From: Wenzhouxiangella sp.
GTDB taxonomy: Bacteria; Pseudomonadota; Gammaproteobacteria; Xanthomonadales; Wenzhouxiangellaceae
DNA length: 33,971 nt
Reading direction: 5' to 3'
NCBI GenBank assembly: GCA_035301965.1
Contig: DATGTG010000143.1
Location: 1 to 33,971 of the forward strand
The position numbers were made by a program, and so were the translations under genes. Positions 20,175 to 29,578 of the stretch are shown here, in pieces; the stretch's first letter is position 1; each line of letters begins with the position of its first letter. The notes beneath the pieces were generated by a model. That model had not been told where the DNA came from and did no database searches. It saw only the letters and a list, made by a program, of their open reading frames with translations.

Positions 20175-21431
20175 ATGTTTGACAACTCTTTCACCCTTGC
20201 CGGCTACGATGACGAGCTGGCCCAAGCCATCCGTTCGGAAGAGCAGCGCCAGGAAGACCATATCGAGCTGATCGCTTCCGAAAACCACGTCAGCCCGCGC
20301 GTCATGGAAGCCCAAGGATCGGTGCTGACCAACAAGTACGCCGAAGGGTATCCGGGGCGGCGCTACTACGGTGGCTGCGAGTTTGTCGACATTGCGGAAA
20401 CCCTGGCCATAGAGCGCGTCAAAAAGCTGTTTTCGGCTCAGTATGCCAACGTTCAGCCGCATTCCGGCTCCCAGGCCAACCAGGCCGTCTACATGGCGCT
20501 GCTCAAGCCCGGCGACACCATTTTGGGCATGGACCTGACCGAAGGCGGGCATTTGACCCACGGTGCCAAGGTCAATTTTTCAGGCAAGCTGTTCAACGCC
20601 GTCTACTACGGTCTCAATCGTGAAACAGGCAAAACCGATTATGAGCACATGCGCCAACAGGCGCTGGAGCACCGTCCGGCCATGCTGATTGGCGGGTTTT
20701 CAGCGCATTCGCGGCCGGTGGACTGGGCCAGAATGCGTGAAATTGCCGATGAGGTCGGCGCCTGGTTCATGGTTGACATGGCGCACGTGGCCGGGCTGGT
20801 GGCCGCCGGTCTGTATCCCAACCCGGTTCCTCATGCGCACGTGGTGACATCGACCACGCACAAAACGCTGCGCGGCCCGCGCGGCGGGCTTATTCTGTCG
20901 GGCGAGTCCGATGAGGAGCTGGCCAAAAAGCTGCAGTCATCGGTTTTCCCCGGCGGCCAGGGCGGCCCGCTGATGCACGTGATTGCCGCCAAGGCGGTGG
21001 CCTTCAAGGAAGCGCTGGAGCCGGCGTTCAAAACCTATCAGAAGCAGGTGATAGAAAACGCGCGCGCCATGACCGAAGTCATCAGCGAGCGCGGCTACAA
21101 GATTGTTTCCGGCGGCACCGACAACCATCTTTTCCTGATTGACCTTATAGACAAGGACATTACCGGCAAGGACGCCGAGGATGCCCTTGGCCGGGCCAAT
21201 ATTACCGTCAACAAGAACACCGTGCCCGGCGAGCCGCGCTCACCTTTCGTCACTTCGGGCCTGCGCATGGGCACGCCGGCATGCACCACGCGCGGGTTCA
21301 GGGCCGATGACTGCCGCGAGCTGGCCGGGCTCATCTGCGACATTCTCGACAACATGGGTGACGAGAACGTGGTGGCGCAAGTGCGCGAGGCAGCGCTGAA
21401 GCTGGCCCGCAAATATCCGGTTTACGCATAA
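20175..21431 (+). CDS. glyA: Serine hydroxymethyltransferase
   Basis: [29 protein letters not shown] (PLP lysine); start trimmed to ATG 20175. Confidence 0.98.
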   Translation: MFDNSFTLAGYDDELAQAIRSEEQRQEDHIELIASENHVSPRVMEAQGSVLTNKYAEGYPGRRYYGGCEFVDIAETLAIERVKKLFSAQYANVQPHSGSQANQAVYMALLKPGDTILGMDLTEGGHLTHGAKVNFSGKLFNAVYYGLNRETGKTDYEHMRQQALEHRPAMLIGGFSAHSRPVDWARMREIADEVGAWFMVDMAHVAGLVAAGLYPNPVPHAHVVTSTTHKTLRGPRGGLILSGESDEELAKKLQSSVFPGGQGGPLMHVIAAKAVAFKEALEPAFKTYQKQVIENARAMTEVISERGYKIVSGGTDNHLFLIDLIDKDITGKDAEDALGRANITVNKNTVPGEPRSPFVTSGLRMGTPACTTRGFRADDCRELAGLICDILDNMGDENVVAQVREAALKLARKYPVYA

Positions 21432-21448
21432 TCGCCCGCTGACTGGTC

Positions 21449-21955
21449 ATGTGGTGCCCGTTCTGCAATCACACCGATACCCGGGTGGTTGATTCAAGGC
21501 TGGCCGCCGACGGCTTCCAGATTCGCCGGCGGCGCCAGTGCGCCGATTGCGGAATCCGCTTCAACACGCTGGAAACGCCCGCTTTGAAAGCACCCAACGT
21601 GATCAAGGCGGACGGTTCGCGGGAAGCATTTAACGAGGACAAGCTGCGGCGCGGCATGCTCAAGGCGCTGGAAAAACGTCCGGTGGAAACCCGGCTGGTG
21701 GAAAAAGCCATGCGTAAACTCTTGCATGAGATCCACACGCTTGAGGAGCCGGAGATATCCAGCCAGAAACTGGGTGACTGGGTGGCGGCCGAGCTTGAAA
21801 AGCTGGACCAGGTGGCCTACGTGCGCTTTGCCTCTGTTTATCGCCGCTTTGAAGATGTGGCCGCTTTTCGCGATGAAATCGAGCGTCTTGAGCGCGACAA
21901 CCCGGGTTTGTTCGACGGGCGCCAGATCTCGCTGCTTGACGACCGGGATGAGTAG
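21449..21955 (+). CDS. nrdR: Transcriptional repressor NrdR
   Basis: MWCPFC, RRRRQCADC zinc ribbon, ATP cone, VAYVRFASVY. Confidence 0.97.
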   Translation: MWCPFCNHTDTRVVDSRLAADGFQIRRRRQCADCGIRFNTLETPALKAPNVIKADGSREAFNEDKLRRGMLKALEKRPVETRLVEKAMRKLLHEIHTLEEPEISSQKLGDWVAAELEKLDQVAYVRFASVYRRFEDVAAFRDEIERLERDNPGLFDGRQISLLDDRDE

Positions 21956-22051
21956 ACCGATGCGCGCAGCGGTGGACGACAGCAAAACAGACCCCGGGGA
22001 ACCCCGGGTGCCGGCTGATGCTGCCATCAGCCATTTTCGGGCGTGCCGGCC

Positions 22052-23131
22052 ATGAGTTTTACAGCCGATGACCATCAATATATGGCGGAAGCGCTGCGGC
22101 TGGCTGCCCGGGGGCGCATGACTGCCGATCCCAATCCGGCCGTTGGCTGTGTCATTGTCAAAAATGGCGAGGTTGTCGGGCGCGGCTGGCACCGGGCTGC
22201 GGGCGAGCCGCATGCGGAAATTCTGGCGCTGGGGCGGGCTGGTGTACGCGCCCGTCAGGCCAGGGTGTATGTCACGCTGGAGCCCTGCAGCCACCAGGGT
22301 CGCACGCCGCCCTGTACCACCAGTCTTTTGGAAGCTGGTGTATCCGAAGTCATTACCGCCATGTCCGACCCCAACCCGCAGGTGGGGGGCAAGGGGCATG
22401 CCCTGCTGGCGCGCGGTGGTGTGCAGGTCAGAAGCGGGCTGATGGAAGCCCAGGCCCGCGATCTCAATCACGGCTTTGTGGCCCGTCACGAGCGCGGTCG
22501 TCCGTGGGTTCGCATCAAGCTGGCCGCCAGTCAGGACGGACTGACGGCCGGGGCCGATGGCCGCTCGCAGTGGATTACCGGCGAGGCCGCACGCGCCGAT
22601 GTGCAGCGCTGGCGCGCCCGCGCGTCCTGCATACTGACCGGCATTGGCACTGTGCTGGCCGATGACCCTCTTTTGAATGTGCGTCTGCCCGGATTTGCCC
22701 GCCACCCGCTCAGGGTTGTTGTGGACTCGCGCGCGCGCCTGCCCGTCAGCCTGCGCATGAGCAGCCAGCCGGGCCTGATTGTGGCGGCCACCTGCGCAGA
22801 CAGCCCGCCGGCCCGTGACGATGTGCGCTGGTGGCCCATGCCGGCCGGACGCGACGGGCGTGTATGCCTTGATGCGCTGCTTAAAAGACTGGCCGGGGAA
22901 GAAATCAACACGGTTCATGTTGAAGCGGGGCCCATACTGGCTGGCGCCCTGGTTGAAGCCGGGCTGGCCGACGAGCTGCTGGTCTATCAGTCGGCCTGTC
23001 TGATTGGCAGCGGCCATCCGCTGCTGTCCCTTCCGGGGATGGAAAAGTTTGCCGACCGCCTCCACATACAGCGCATGCAGGCGCGCCGGGTTGGTGAAGA
23101 CTGGCGCTTTCTTTTCCGTCTTCCAGATTGA
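22052..23131 (+). CDS. ribD: Bifunctional riboflavin biosynthesis deaminase/reductase RibD
   Basis: PNPAVG, HAE, TLEPCSHQGRTPPC, SQWITG, GTVLADDP. Confidence 0.97.
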   Translation: MSFTADDHQYMAEALRLAARGRMTADPNPAVGCVIVKNGEVVGRGWHRAAGEPHAEILALGRAGVRARQARVYVTLEPCSHQGRTPPCTTSLLEAGVSEVITAMSDPNPQVGGKGHALLARGGVQVRSGLMEAQARDLNHGFVARHERGRPWVRIKLAASQDGLTAGADGRSQWITGEAARADVQRWRARASCILTGIGTVLADDPLLNVRLPGFARHPLRVVVDSRARLPVSLRMSSQPGLIVAATCADSPPARDDVRWWPMPAGRDGRVCLDALLKRLAGEEINTVHVEAGPILAGALVEAGLADELLVYQSACLIGSGHPLLSLPGMEKFADRLHIQRMQARRVGEDWRFLFRLPD

Positions 23132-23144
23132 ACAGGATTTGTCG

Positions 23145-23741
23145 ATGTTTACCGGAATCGTTCAGGCCGTGGGCACCATTGAGCGCGTTGATGAAATTCC
23201 CGAGGGGCGCCGTTTTGAAATTGGCTGCCCCCAGCTTGAGCCGGCCAGCTGGCACATTGGTGACAGCATTGCCGTGTCGGGGTGTTGTCTTACGGCAGTT
23301 GCTCTGAGCGAGCACGGTTTTGCCGTTGACCTGTCGGCAGAAACCCTTGCAAAAACCCGGCTTGGCGAACTTGAAACCGGCAGCCGGGTCAATCTTGAAC
23401 CGGCGCTTAAAATGAGCGACAGACTGGGCGGGCATTTTGTCACCGGCCATGTCGACGGGCTGGCGGAACTGGTGTCATCGCGCCCTTCGGGCGACAGCCG
23501 TATTGACCGCTATCGGGTGCCGGCGCATCTGTCGCGCTTCATTGCGTCCAAGGGCTCGGTGACGCTCGACGGCGTGAGCCTGACCGTGAATGTGGTCGAT
23601 GCCGGCGAGTTTGAAATCAACCTGATTCCGCACACGCTGAAAGTGACCACGCTCGGAGCGCTGAAGCCGGGTGATCAGGTCAATCTTGAAATTGATTTGC
23701 TGGCCCGCTATCTGGACCGGCTGCAAGGAGAGCAGAGATGA
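23145..23741 (+). CDS. ribE: Riboflavin synthase (called ribC in E. coli)
   Basis: MFTGIV start, [26 protein letters not shown]. Confidence 0.97.
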   Translation: MFTGIVQAVGTIERVDEIPEGRRFEIGCPQLEPASWHIGDSIAVSGCCLTAVALSEHGFAVDLSAETLAKTRLGELETGSRVNLEPALKMSDRLGGHFVTGHVDGLAELVSSRPSGDSRIDRYRVPAHLSRFIASKGSVTLDGVSLTVNVVDAGEFEINLIPHTLKVTTLGALKPGDQVNLEIDLLARYLDRLQGEQR

Positions 23742-24859
23742 GTTTTGACAGCATCGAGTCCATACTCGAGGACGTGCGCAAGGGGCGCATGGTGGTCATG
23801 CTGGACGATGAGGACCGTGAGAATGAGGGCGATCTGATCATGGCGGCGTCCATGGTGCGTCCCGAGGACATCAACTTCATGGCCCATCACGGCCGCGGCC
23901 TGATCTGTCTTGCGCTGACCCGCGAGCGCTGTCACCAGCTTGACCTCAAGCTGATGGTGGATGACACCGACCGCTACCACAAGACCAACTTCACCGTGTC
24001 CATAGAGGCTGCATCGGGCGTCACCACGGGCATTTCGGCCTACGACCGCGCGCACACCGTACGCACCGCAGTGGCCCCCAGTGCCGTTGCCGATGACCTG
24101 ACCCAGCCCGGACACATCTTTCCGCTCATGGCCCAGCCCGGCGGTGTGCTGGCGCGCGCCGGGCACACCGAGGCCAGCGTTGACCTGGCCCTGCTTGCCG
24201 GCGTGGAGCCGGCGGCCGTTCTGGTTGAAATCCTCAACGAGGACGGCACCATGGCGCGTCGCCCGCAGCTGGAAGAGTTTGTAAAGCACCACGGCCTGAA
24301 AATGGGCACGGTGGCCGATCTGATTCGCTACCGCATGAGTACTGAAACCAACGTCGAGTGTGTTCATACTCAAACCGTTGGAACCGCGCACGGCGAGTTC
24401 GAGCTCAGGGCCTTTCGCGACCGCATCACCAACCGCCTCCACTGGGCGCTGATACGCGGCAGTATCAGCAATGATGAGCCTTTCCCCGTGCGGGTTCACG
24501 TGCCGGAGTTGCTGGGCGATGTGCTTGGCATTACCCGTCCGGACTTCGGCATGCCGCTGGATGCCGCCCTGGCCGATATTGCCCGTCGCGGCCGCGGCCT
24601 GGCGCTGGTGCTCGGACATTACGAAGACGACGATGACGCCCGGCTGGAAAGCCTGGCTGCCGGCGGATCCAGGGTGCCGCAGTCACCCGACAATGGTTCC
24701 GACCGGGCCGCCCGGGAGCTGCGCAGCTACGGCATTGCCGCCCAGATTATCGCCGCCCTGGGCATTCGGCGAATGCAGGTTTTTGGTGCACCAAAACGTT
24801 TTCACGCCCTGGACGGCTTCGGGCTGGAAATTGTCGATCACGTCATTCCCGACAGATGA
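23738..24859 (+). CDS. ribB: DHBP synthase fused to a degenerate GTP cyclohydrolase II-like domain (RibBX type)
   Basis: [29 protein letters not shown] intact; C-terminal [13 protein letters not shown] lacks the RibA zinc cysteines. Confidence 0.9.
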   Translation: MSFDSIESILEDVRKGRMVVMLDDEDRENEGDLIMAASMVRPEDINFMAHHGRGLICLALTRERCHQLDLKLMVDDTDRYHKTNFTVSIEAASGVTTGISAYDRAHTVRTAVAPSAVADDLTQPGHIFPLMAQPGGVLARAGHTEASVDLALLAGVEPAAVLVEILNEDGTMARRPQLEEFVKHHGLKMGTVADLIRYRMSTETNVECVHTQTVGTAHGEFELRAFRDRITNRLHWALIRGSISNDEPFPVRVHVPELLGDVLGITRPDFGMPLDAALADIARRGRGLALVLGHYEDDDDARLESLAAGGSRVPQSPDNGSDRAARELRSYGIAAQIIAALGIRRMQVFGAPKRFHALDGFGLEIVDHVIPDR

Positions 24860-24867
24860 GGAAAGCA

Positions 24868-25329
24868 ATGGATCTGCACGACTCAGACAACCGCTCCATA
24901 CGGATTGCCATCGCCCAGGCACAGTTCAACCGCAAGGTTACCGACATGCTGCTGGCCGGCTGCCGGCGCGCCCTGAAACAGGCCGGGCTGACTGAGGACC
25001 GGGTTGATGTTTTTTCGGTGCCCGGCGCCTGGGAGCTGCCGCTTGCCGCACGCCAGCTGGCAGCAGCGGGGCACTACGACGGAATCATCGCGCTGGGTGC
25101 GGTGGTGCGCGGCGAGACGGCTCATTTTGAATTCATTTCCGCCGAGTGCGCGCGCGGCCTGCAGCAGGTTTCGCTGGATTCCGGCCTGCCCGTCGGCTTT
25201 GGCGTGCTGACGCCGGAAAACGATGAGCAGGCCGAGAAGCGCGCTGATCCCGAGCGCATGGACAAGGGCCGGGAGGCGGCCGAGGCCGTGCTGGCCATGC
25301 TGGAACTCAAACAGCAGATTGCGCAATGA
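24868..25329 (+). CDS. ribH: 6,7-dimethyl-8-ribityllumazine synthase
   Basis: AQFN, VPGAWELP, LGAVVRGETAHF, FGVLT; alternative start at 24856. Confidence 0.96.
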   Translation: MDLHDSDNRSIRIAIAQAQFNRKVTDMLLAGCRRALKQAGLTEDRVDVFSVPGAWELPLAARQLAAAGHYDGIIALGAVVRGETAHFEFISAECARGLQQVSLDSGLPVGFGVLTPENDEQAEKRADPERMDKGREAAEAVLAMLELKQQIAQ

Positions 25330-25793
25330 GCAGACGCCGCAAACCCGGGCCGTTTGAGCCGAAAAAGCGGGCCCGCAGGCGGGCGCTGCAGGCGCTGTAT
25401 CAGTGGCAGTTCAACGACAGCACGGCAACGGCCATTATCGAGCAGTTTCTCATCGAGCAGAACTTCTCGGGCGTTGACGAAACCTTTTTCAAGACCCTGG
25501 TTCGCGAAGTGGTCGCCAACCACGCTGCCCTTGATGAGGCCTTCGCGCCCTATCTGGACCGTGCGGAAAGTACGCTGGACCAGATGGAACGGGCCATTTT
25601 GCGTCTGGCCGCCTGCGAGCTGGCCTATCACCCGGAAACACCCTACCGGGTGGTGATTGACGAAGCCGTGGATCTGGCCCATCGATTTGGCGCCGAGCAG
25701 GCACATACGTTCATCAACAGCGTCGTCGACCGGCTGGCGCACAAGCTGCGCAGCGTCGAGATCGGACTGGAAGCCGACAGTCGGCCAAAATGA
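25326..25793 (+). CDS. nusB: Transcription antitermination factor NusB
   Basis: RARRRALQALYQW, ERAILRLA, VVIDEAVDLA, FINSVVD; follows ribH. Confidence 0.96.
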   Translation: MSRRRKPGPFEPKKRARRRALQALYQWQFNDSTATAIIEQFLIEQNFSGVDETFFKTLVREVVANHAALDEAFAPYLDRAESTLDQMERAILRLAACELAYHPETPYRVVIDEAVDLAHRFGAEQAHTFINSVVDRLAHKLRSVEIGLEADSRPK

Positions 25794-25799
25794 TCGCCG

Positions 25800-26744
25800 A
25801 TGAGCGAATTTGATCTGATTGCCCGAATTCAATCGCGCGCCTCAGGCCATGCCGCGAGCGGTGTTGTGGTTGGCATTGGCGATGATGCAGCCGTGATTGC
25901 GCCGGCCGCCGGCCATGAAATTGTTGCCACCACCGATTCACTGGTGCCCGGTCGGCACTTTACCGATGCATGGAGTGCCGAAGAGATCGGCTGCCTGGCC
26001 GCCCGGGCCAACCTGAGCGACGTGGCGGCCATGGGTGCGCGCCCGCGCTGGGCGCTTTTGACGCTGACACTGCCGGGCGTTGATGAAGCATGGCTTGATG
26101 GCTTCCTGGACGGATTTCTGGCGGCCCTGGAGCAGGCTGGAACGGCGCTGGTCGGTGGCAATCTGGCGCGCGGCCCGCTGAACATCGGCGTCCAGCTGCT
26201 GGGCGAAGTGCCTGCAGGTCAGGCAGTGCTGCGCTCTGGCGGGCAGGCGGGCGATCGTATTGTGGTGACCGGCACGCCGGGCGATGCCGCCGCCGCGCTG
26301 CTGCTGGGCGAGAAGGCGCCTGCAGAACTTCTGAACAGGCTGCGGTGCCCGCCGGCGCGGGTGCGGGCCGGGCTGGCGCTGCGCGACCATGCGCACGCCA
26401 TGATTGACATATCCGACGGCTTTGCGGCTGATTTGAATCATCTGCTGAGTGACGACCTGGGGGCCGAAATTGACCTGGATTGTCTGCCTGCATCACCCGC
26501 GCTGAAAAAATCCGTGCCCGCGCCTGAAAAGCGCTGGCCGCTGCAGCTGCAAGGGGGCAGTGACTACGAGCTGCTGGCGCTTGTCCCCCCGCAGACCGAT
26601 ATTGATCGGCTGCAGGAAAAAGCCGGCGTTGCCCTGACCGCCACGGGAACCGTTGTGGACGGTGGCGGCATCCGCTTTCAATCATCGCAACATGCGCTGC
26701 CGCCCCTGATAGTTCAAGGATGGGACCATTTCAAAAATGACTGA
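25800..26744 (+). CDS. thiL: Thiamine-monophosphate kinase
   Basis: MSEFDLI, GIGDDAA, NLSDVAAMG, IDISDG, GGSDYEL. Confidence 0.96.
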   Translation: MSEFDLIARIQSRASGHAASGVVVGIGDDAAVIAPAAGHEIVATTDSLVPGRHFTDAWSAEEIGCLAARANLSDVAAMGARPRWALLTLTLPGVDEAWLDGFLDGFLAALEQAGTALVGGNLARGPLNIGVQLLGEVPAGQAVLRSGGQAGDRIVVTGTPGDAAAALLLGEKAPAELLNRLRCPPARVRAGLALRDHAHAMIDISDGFAADLNHLLSDDLGAEIDLDCLPASPALKKSVPAPEKRWPLQLQGGSDYELLALVPPQTDIDRLQEKAGVALTATGTVVDGGGIRFQSSQHALPPLIVQGWDHFKND

Positions 26745-27234
26745 CCCGCTCAGCGATCGCAGGCCCGATACGGTGCGCATTGCGCTGGGCTCGCCCGATG
26801 GTTTTCTGGCGTTCGGGTTTGGCAGCGGGCTGGCACCGGTTGCGCCCGGCACGGCCGGCAGTGTGGCCGCCGTACTGCCGGCGCTGGCGCTGATCAAGCT
26901 GCCGCTGCCGTGGCTGGCGCTTTTTCTGGTGGCGGCTTTTGCATTCGGCGTGTGGCTGTGTGGGCGAACCGGCCGGCGTTTGGGCGTGCATGACCACAGC
27001 GGCATCGTTTTTGACGAGTTTGTCGGCATGTGGCTGGTGCTGGCGTTTGTGCCAGCGAGCGCGGTCTGGTGGCTGGCGGCATTTGCGGCATTCCGCCTGT
27101 TCGACATTGTCAAGCCGTGGCCCATAGGCTGGCTTGACCGGCGCATTGGCGGCGGCCTGGGCGTTATGCTGGATGATGTTCTGGCGGCCATCTATGCGCT
27201 GGCAGTGCTCGTGCCGCTGCAGATCTGGCTTTAG
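26737..27234 (+). CDS. pgpA: Phosphatidylglycerophosphatase A
   Basis: GFGSGLAPVAPGTAGS, DHSGIVFDE, FRLFDIVKPWP, GVMLDD. Confidence 0.96.
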   Translation: MTDPLSDRRPDTVRIALGSPDGFLAFGFGSGLAPVAPGTAGSVAAVLPALALIKLPLPWLALFLVAAFAFGVWLCGRTGRRLGVHDHSGIVFDEFVGMWLVLAFVPASAVWWLAAFAAFRLFDIVKPWPIGWLDRRIGGGLGVMLDDVLAAIYALAVLVPLQIWL

Positions 27235-27251
27235 ACCCGGCCAGTCGGCGA

Positions 27252-27620
27252 CTACAGTTCAAACGCGCCGGCAATCCAGCTCAGGCGGCCGCTTTCCCCA
27301 TCAAGGCCCACCACATCAAACCGGCAGGCAAATTCCTGCCACTGCGGATGCTCCATCAAGAAATGCTGTGCGGCGCGAATCAGGCGCTGCTGCTTGTGGA
27401 AATCGACGCTGTCAACGCTGTCGACCCGGGCGCCCGGGCCGCGCAGGCGCACCTCGATAAAGGCCAGCACCCGGGTGTCGTGCGGATTGGGATCGACCAT
27501 GATCAGGTCAATTTCGCCAGCGCGACAGCGGTAGTTGCGCTCAACCAGCTGCAGGCCGCGTTTGGCCAGCCAGTTTTCGGCGCGCTGTTCGCCCCGGTCG
27601 CCGGCCTGACGGCGGTTCAT
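27252..27620 (-). CDS. yraN: YraN (UPF0102) family protein
   Basis: GEQRA, RNYRCRAGEIDLI, FIEVR, CRFDVV; downstream of lpoA with a 4-nt overlap. Confidence 0.92.
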   Translation of the reverse strand: MNRRQAGDRGEQRAENWLAKRGLQLVERNYRCRAGEIDLIMVDPNPHDTRVLAFIEVRLRGPGARVDSVDSVDFHKQQRLIRAAQHFLMEHPQWQEFACRFDVVGLDGESGRLSWIAGAFEL

Positions 27621-29467
27621 TGCGCTTCTGCGGGTGCTGCGATGCCGCCCTGCAGTTCAACCACCGGCAGATCGCGGCGAATCCGGTGACCGTCAGGCAG
27701 GCTGAGGTCGCCGAGCATGCCCGGCAGGGTCAGCACCGGATCGGACCGCATCATGGCAAGCCAGGGAACGAGGCTCATGGCGTCCCGTCCCAGGGCATGC
27801 ATGCGAGACAGCGTGGCGCTTTCAAAACCGGCGTACAGGGTGCGGGCCTGGTCATGAACGGCGCCGGCGGCGGTAAAGCCGAGAAACCAGGGTGGCATGG
27901 GAAGGGTGACGCCGTTCAGGTCATCGTCACGACCTGAAACCGGCTTGCCGTCAACAATATAGGACGTGGACAGGAGGGTGACATTGGCCGCGTCAAAAAA
28001 ACGCAGCTGGGGCAGCAGCTGGTGCCCGTCTGCGGGTCGGGCGCCAACAAAGATCAGATCAATGTCGGCCCGCCGACGGGGGCTTGACTCGACATCGCCT
28101 AACAGCCCGGAGAGCCGGCTGATGCGCTCTTCCGAGCGGTCGATTTTCAGGGTTTCACGCAGCAGAAATGAATAATCGGGCTGGTCGGTGTCATAAAAGC
28201 GTTCGGCCATGATCTGGCCGCCGCCCAGCCGGAAGGTGTCGCTGAAGGCGCTGGCCACGCGCCTGCCCCAGTCGGAATACTGATACAGCACCAAAGCCCG
28301 GCGATGCCCTGTGGCCAGGGCATGAATGGCGGCTTGTTCGGCGTCGATCTCGGGGGGCAGGGCAATGGCGGCCAGCTCGCCGCTGCCTGTTGAAAGAAGC
28401 TGAGCGTCATCGGGAAGGTTGAGCAACAGGGTGGGAATGACGCCGGCATCCGGCAGCTCCGCCAGCGCCTGAACCTTGGGCTGGTCAAGCGGGCCGATGA
28501 GAAAATCGCTGCCGCGCTCGCGCGCGTCAAACCAGGCTGCCACGGCTGATTCGGGTTCGTCGCCCAGGTAGTCGAATACCAGTTCGGGGCGGCGGTCGGG
28601 CGGAATCTGCAGCCAGCCGGCCAGCAGGCCGTCGCGCAAGGCTTCGCCCGGGCGCCTCAGCGGGCTGTTGCGGTCGGGCAGCAAAACCGTGATTTGGGCC
28701 GGCATGGGCCGGGTCTGGCGCCAGGCGGCCAGCCACTGCTGCGCCTCGCCGGCGCTGTAGTCAAGCTCCGGCCAGCGCGCCTGCCAGGAAGACAGGGCGG
28801 CGGCCAGCGCCGGATCATCCAGCAGGTTTTCGCGCGCCACAATGGCCAGGTCCAGCCACGGCAACAGCTCCGGCCTGTCGCCGGCATATTGCATGGAGCC
28901 CTGCAGTTGGACAGCCGGGAACTCGATCAGCAGGGCCAATGCAAGCTCGCCGCTGAAGTCCGGTTCATCAAGGGCTTCTTCAAGCGCGTCAATGGCCTCC
29001 TCAACAGGCGCCGATTGCAGTTGTGCCAGTCGCAGCTCAAGAGCTTCATGCCGGCTGCCAAGATCGCGCGGAAGGTGATCGGACACGCTGGCCAGCAGCC
29101 AGCCGGCGTTGGCAAAATCCTCATGCAGCATGGCCAGCTCGGCCTGGGCAAGGTCAAGCCGCGTCAGATCGTGCCCGTCAAGGACGGCAGGGTCGATTTG
29201 GGACAGCGCCTTTTCAGCCTGCTCCGGGTTCATGCCCTGCAACCAGGCTTCAGCCGCCAGAATATACAGCCGATCCGCATCCAGCGGCCGAGTCAGCGCC
29301 GCCTGTTCCCAGGCAAGGGCCGCCCGTCGGTAGCTGCCGTCGGCAAAAAGTTGTTCGGCCCGTTCCAGTTCGGCATCCGCATCTTTTTCCGACCACACCC
29401 GCGGCTCTCCGGCCGCGCAGGCGGCAATAAGCACGGCCAAACCCAAACTCAATATTGTTCTGATCAT
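27617..29467 (-). CDS. lpoA: Penicillin-binding protein activator LpoA/LppC family lipoprotein
   Basis: Lipobox LIAAC; VLLP..GEALRDG, LIGPL, RRRADIDLIF, LPQLRF, ALGRDA; adjacent to yraN; start trimmed to ATG 29467. Confidence 0.85.
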   Translation of the reverse strand: MIRTILSLGLAVLIAACAAGEPRVWSEKDADAELERAEQLFADGSYRRAALAWEQAALTRPLDADRLYILAAEAWLQGMNPEQAEKALSQIDPAVLDGHDLTRLDLAQAELAMLHEDFANAGWLLASVSDHLPRDLGSRHEALELRLAQLQSAPVEEAIDALEEALDEPDFSGELALALLIEFPAVQLQGSMQYAGDRPELLPWLDLAIVARENLLDDPALAAALSSWQARWPELDYSAGEAQQWLAAWRQTRPMPAQITVLLPDRNSPLRRPGEALRDGLLAGWLQIPPDRRPELVFDYLGDEPESAVAAWFDARERGSDFLIGPLDQPKVQALAELPDAGVIPTLLLNLPDDAQLLSTGSGELAAIALPPEIDAEQAAIHALATGHRRALVLYQYSDWGRRVASAFSDTFRLGGGQIMAERFYDTDQPDYSFLLRETLKIDRSEERISRLSGLLGDVESSPRRRADIDLIFVGARPADGHQLLPQLRFFDAANVTLLSTSYIVDGKPVSGRDDDLNGVTLPMPPWFLGFTAAGAVHDQARTLYAGFESATLSRMHALGRDAMSLVPWLAMMRSDPVLTLPGMLGDLSLPDGHRIRRDLPVVELQGGIAAPAEAQ

Positions 29468-29578
29468 GCGGCAATAGTAAACCACGCGCGCGGATGATTG
29501 ACCAAGGTGTCCGTGATGCCAGGGAGAAATTCTGGCATGATTCACCCTGGTTTGATGCAACGACAATGAGAATGAATC

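Noticed and set aside
20009-20194. N-terminal extensions in the ORF track for manB and glyA (likewise lpoA, ribE, rplC, rplE, rplQ, DUF885)
   Set aside because: Artefacts of longest-ORF calling; family-typical N-termini, signal peptides or SD sites point to later starts.
21956-22051. FMN riboswitch before ribD
   Set aside because: Too short and lacks the AGGGCGGGGTGAAATTCCC-type core.
21494-23065. 523-aa antisense ORF over nrdR and ribD
   Set aside because: Overlaps two clear genes on the other strand; no domain signal.
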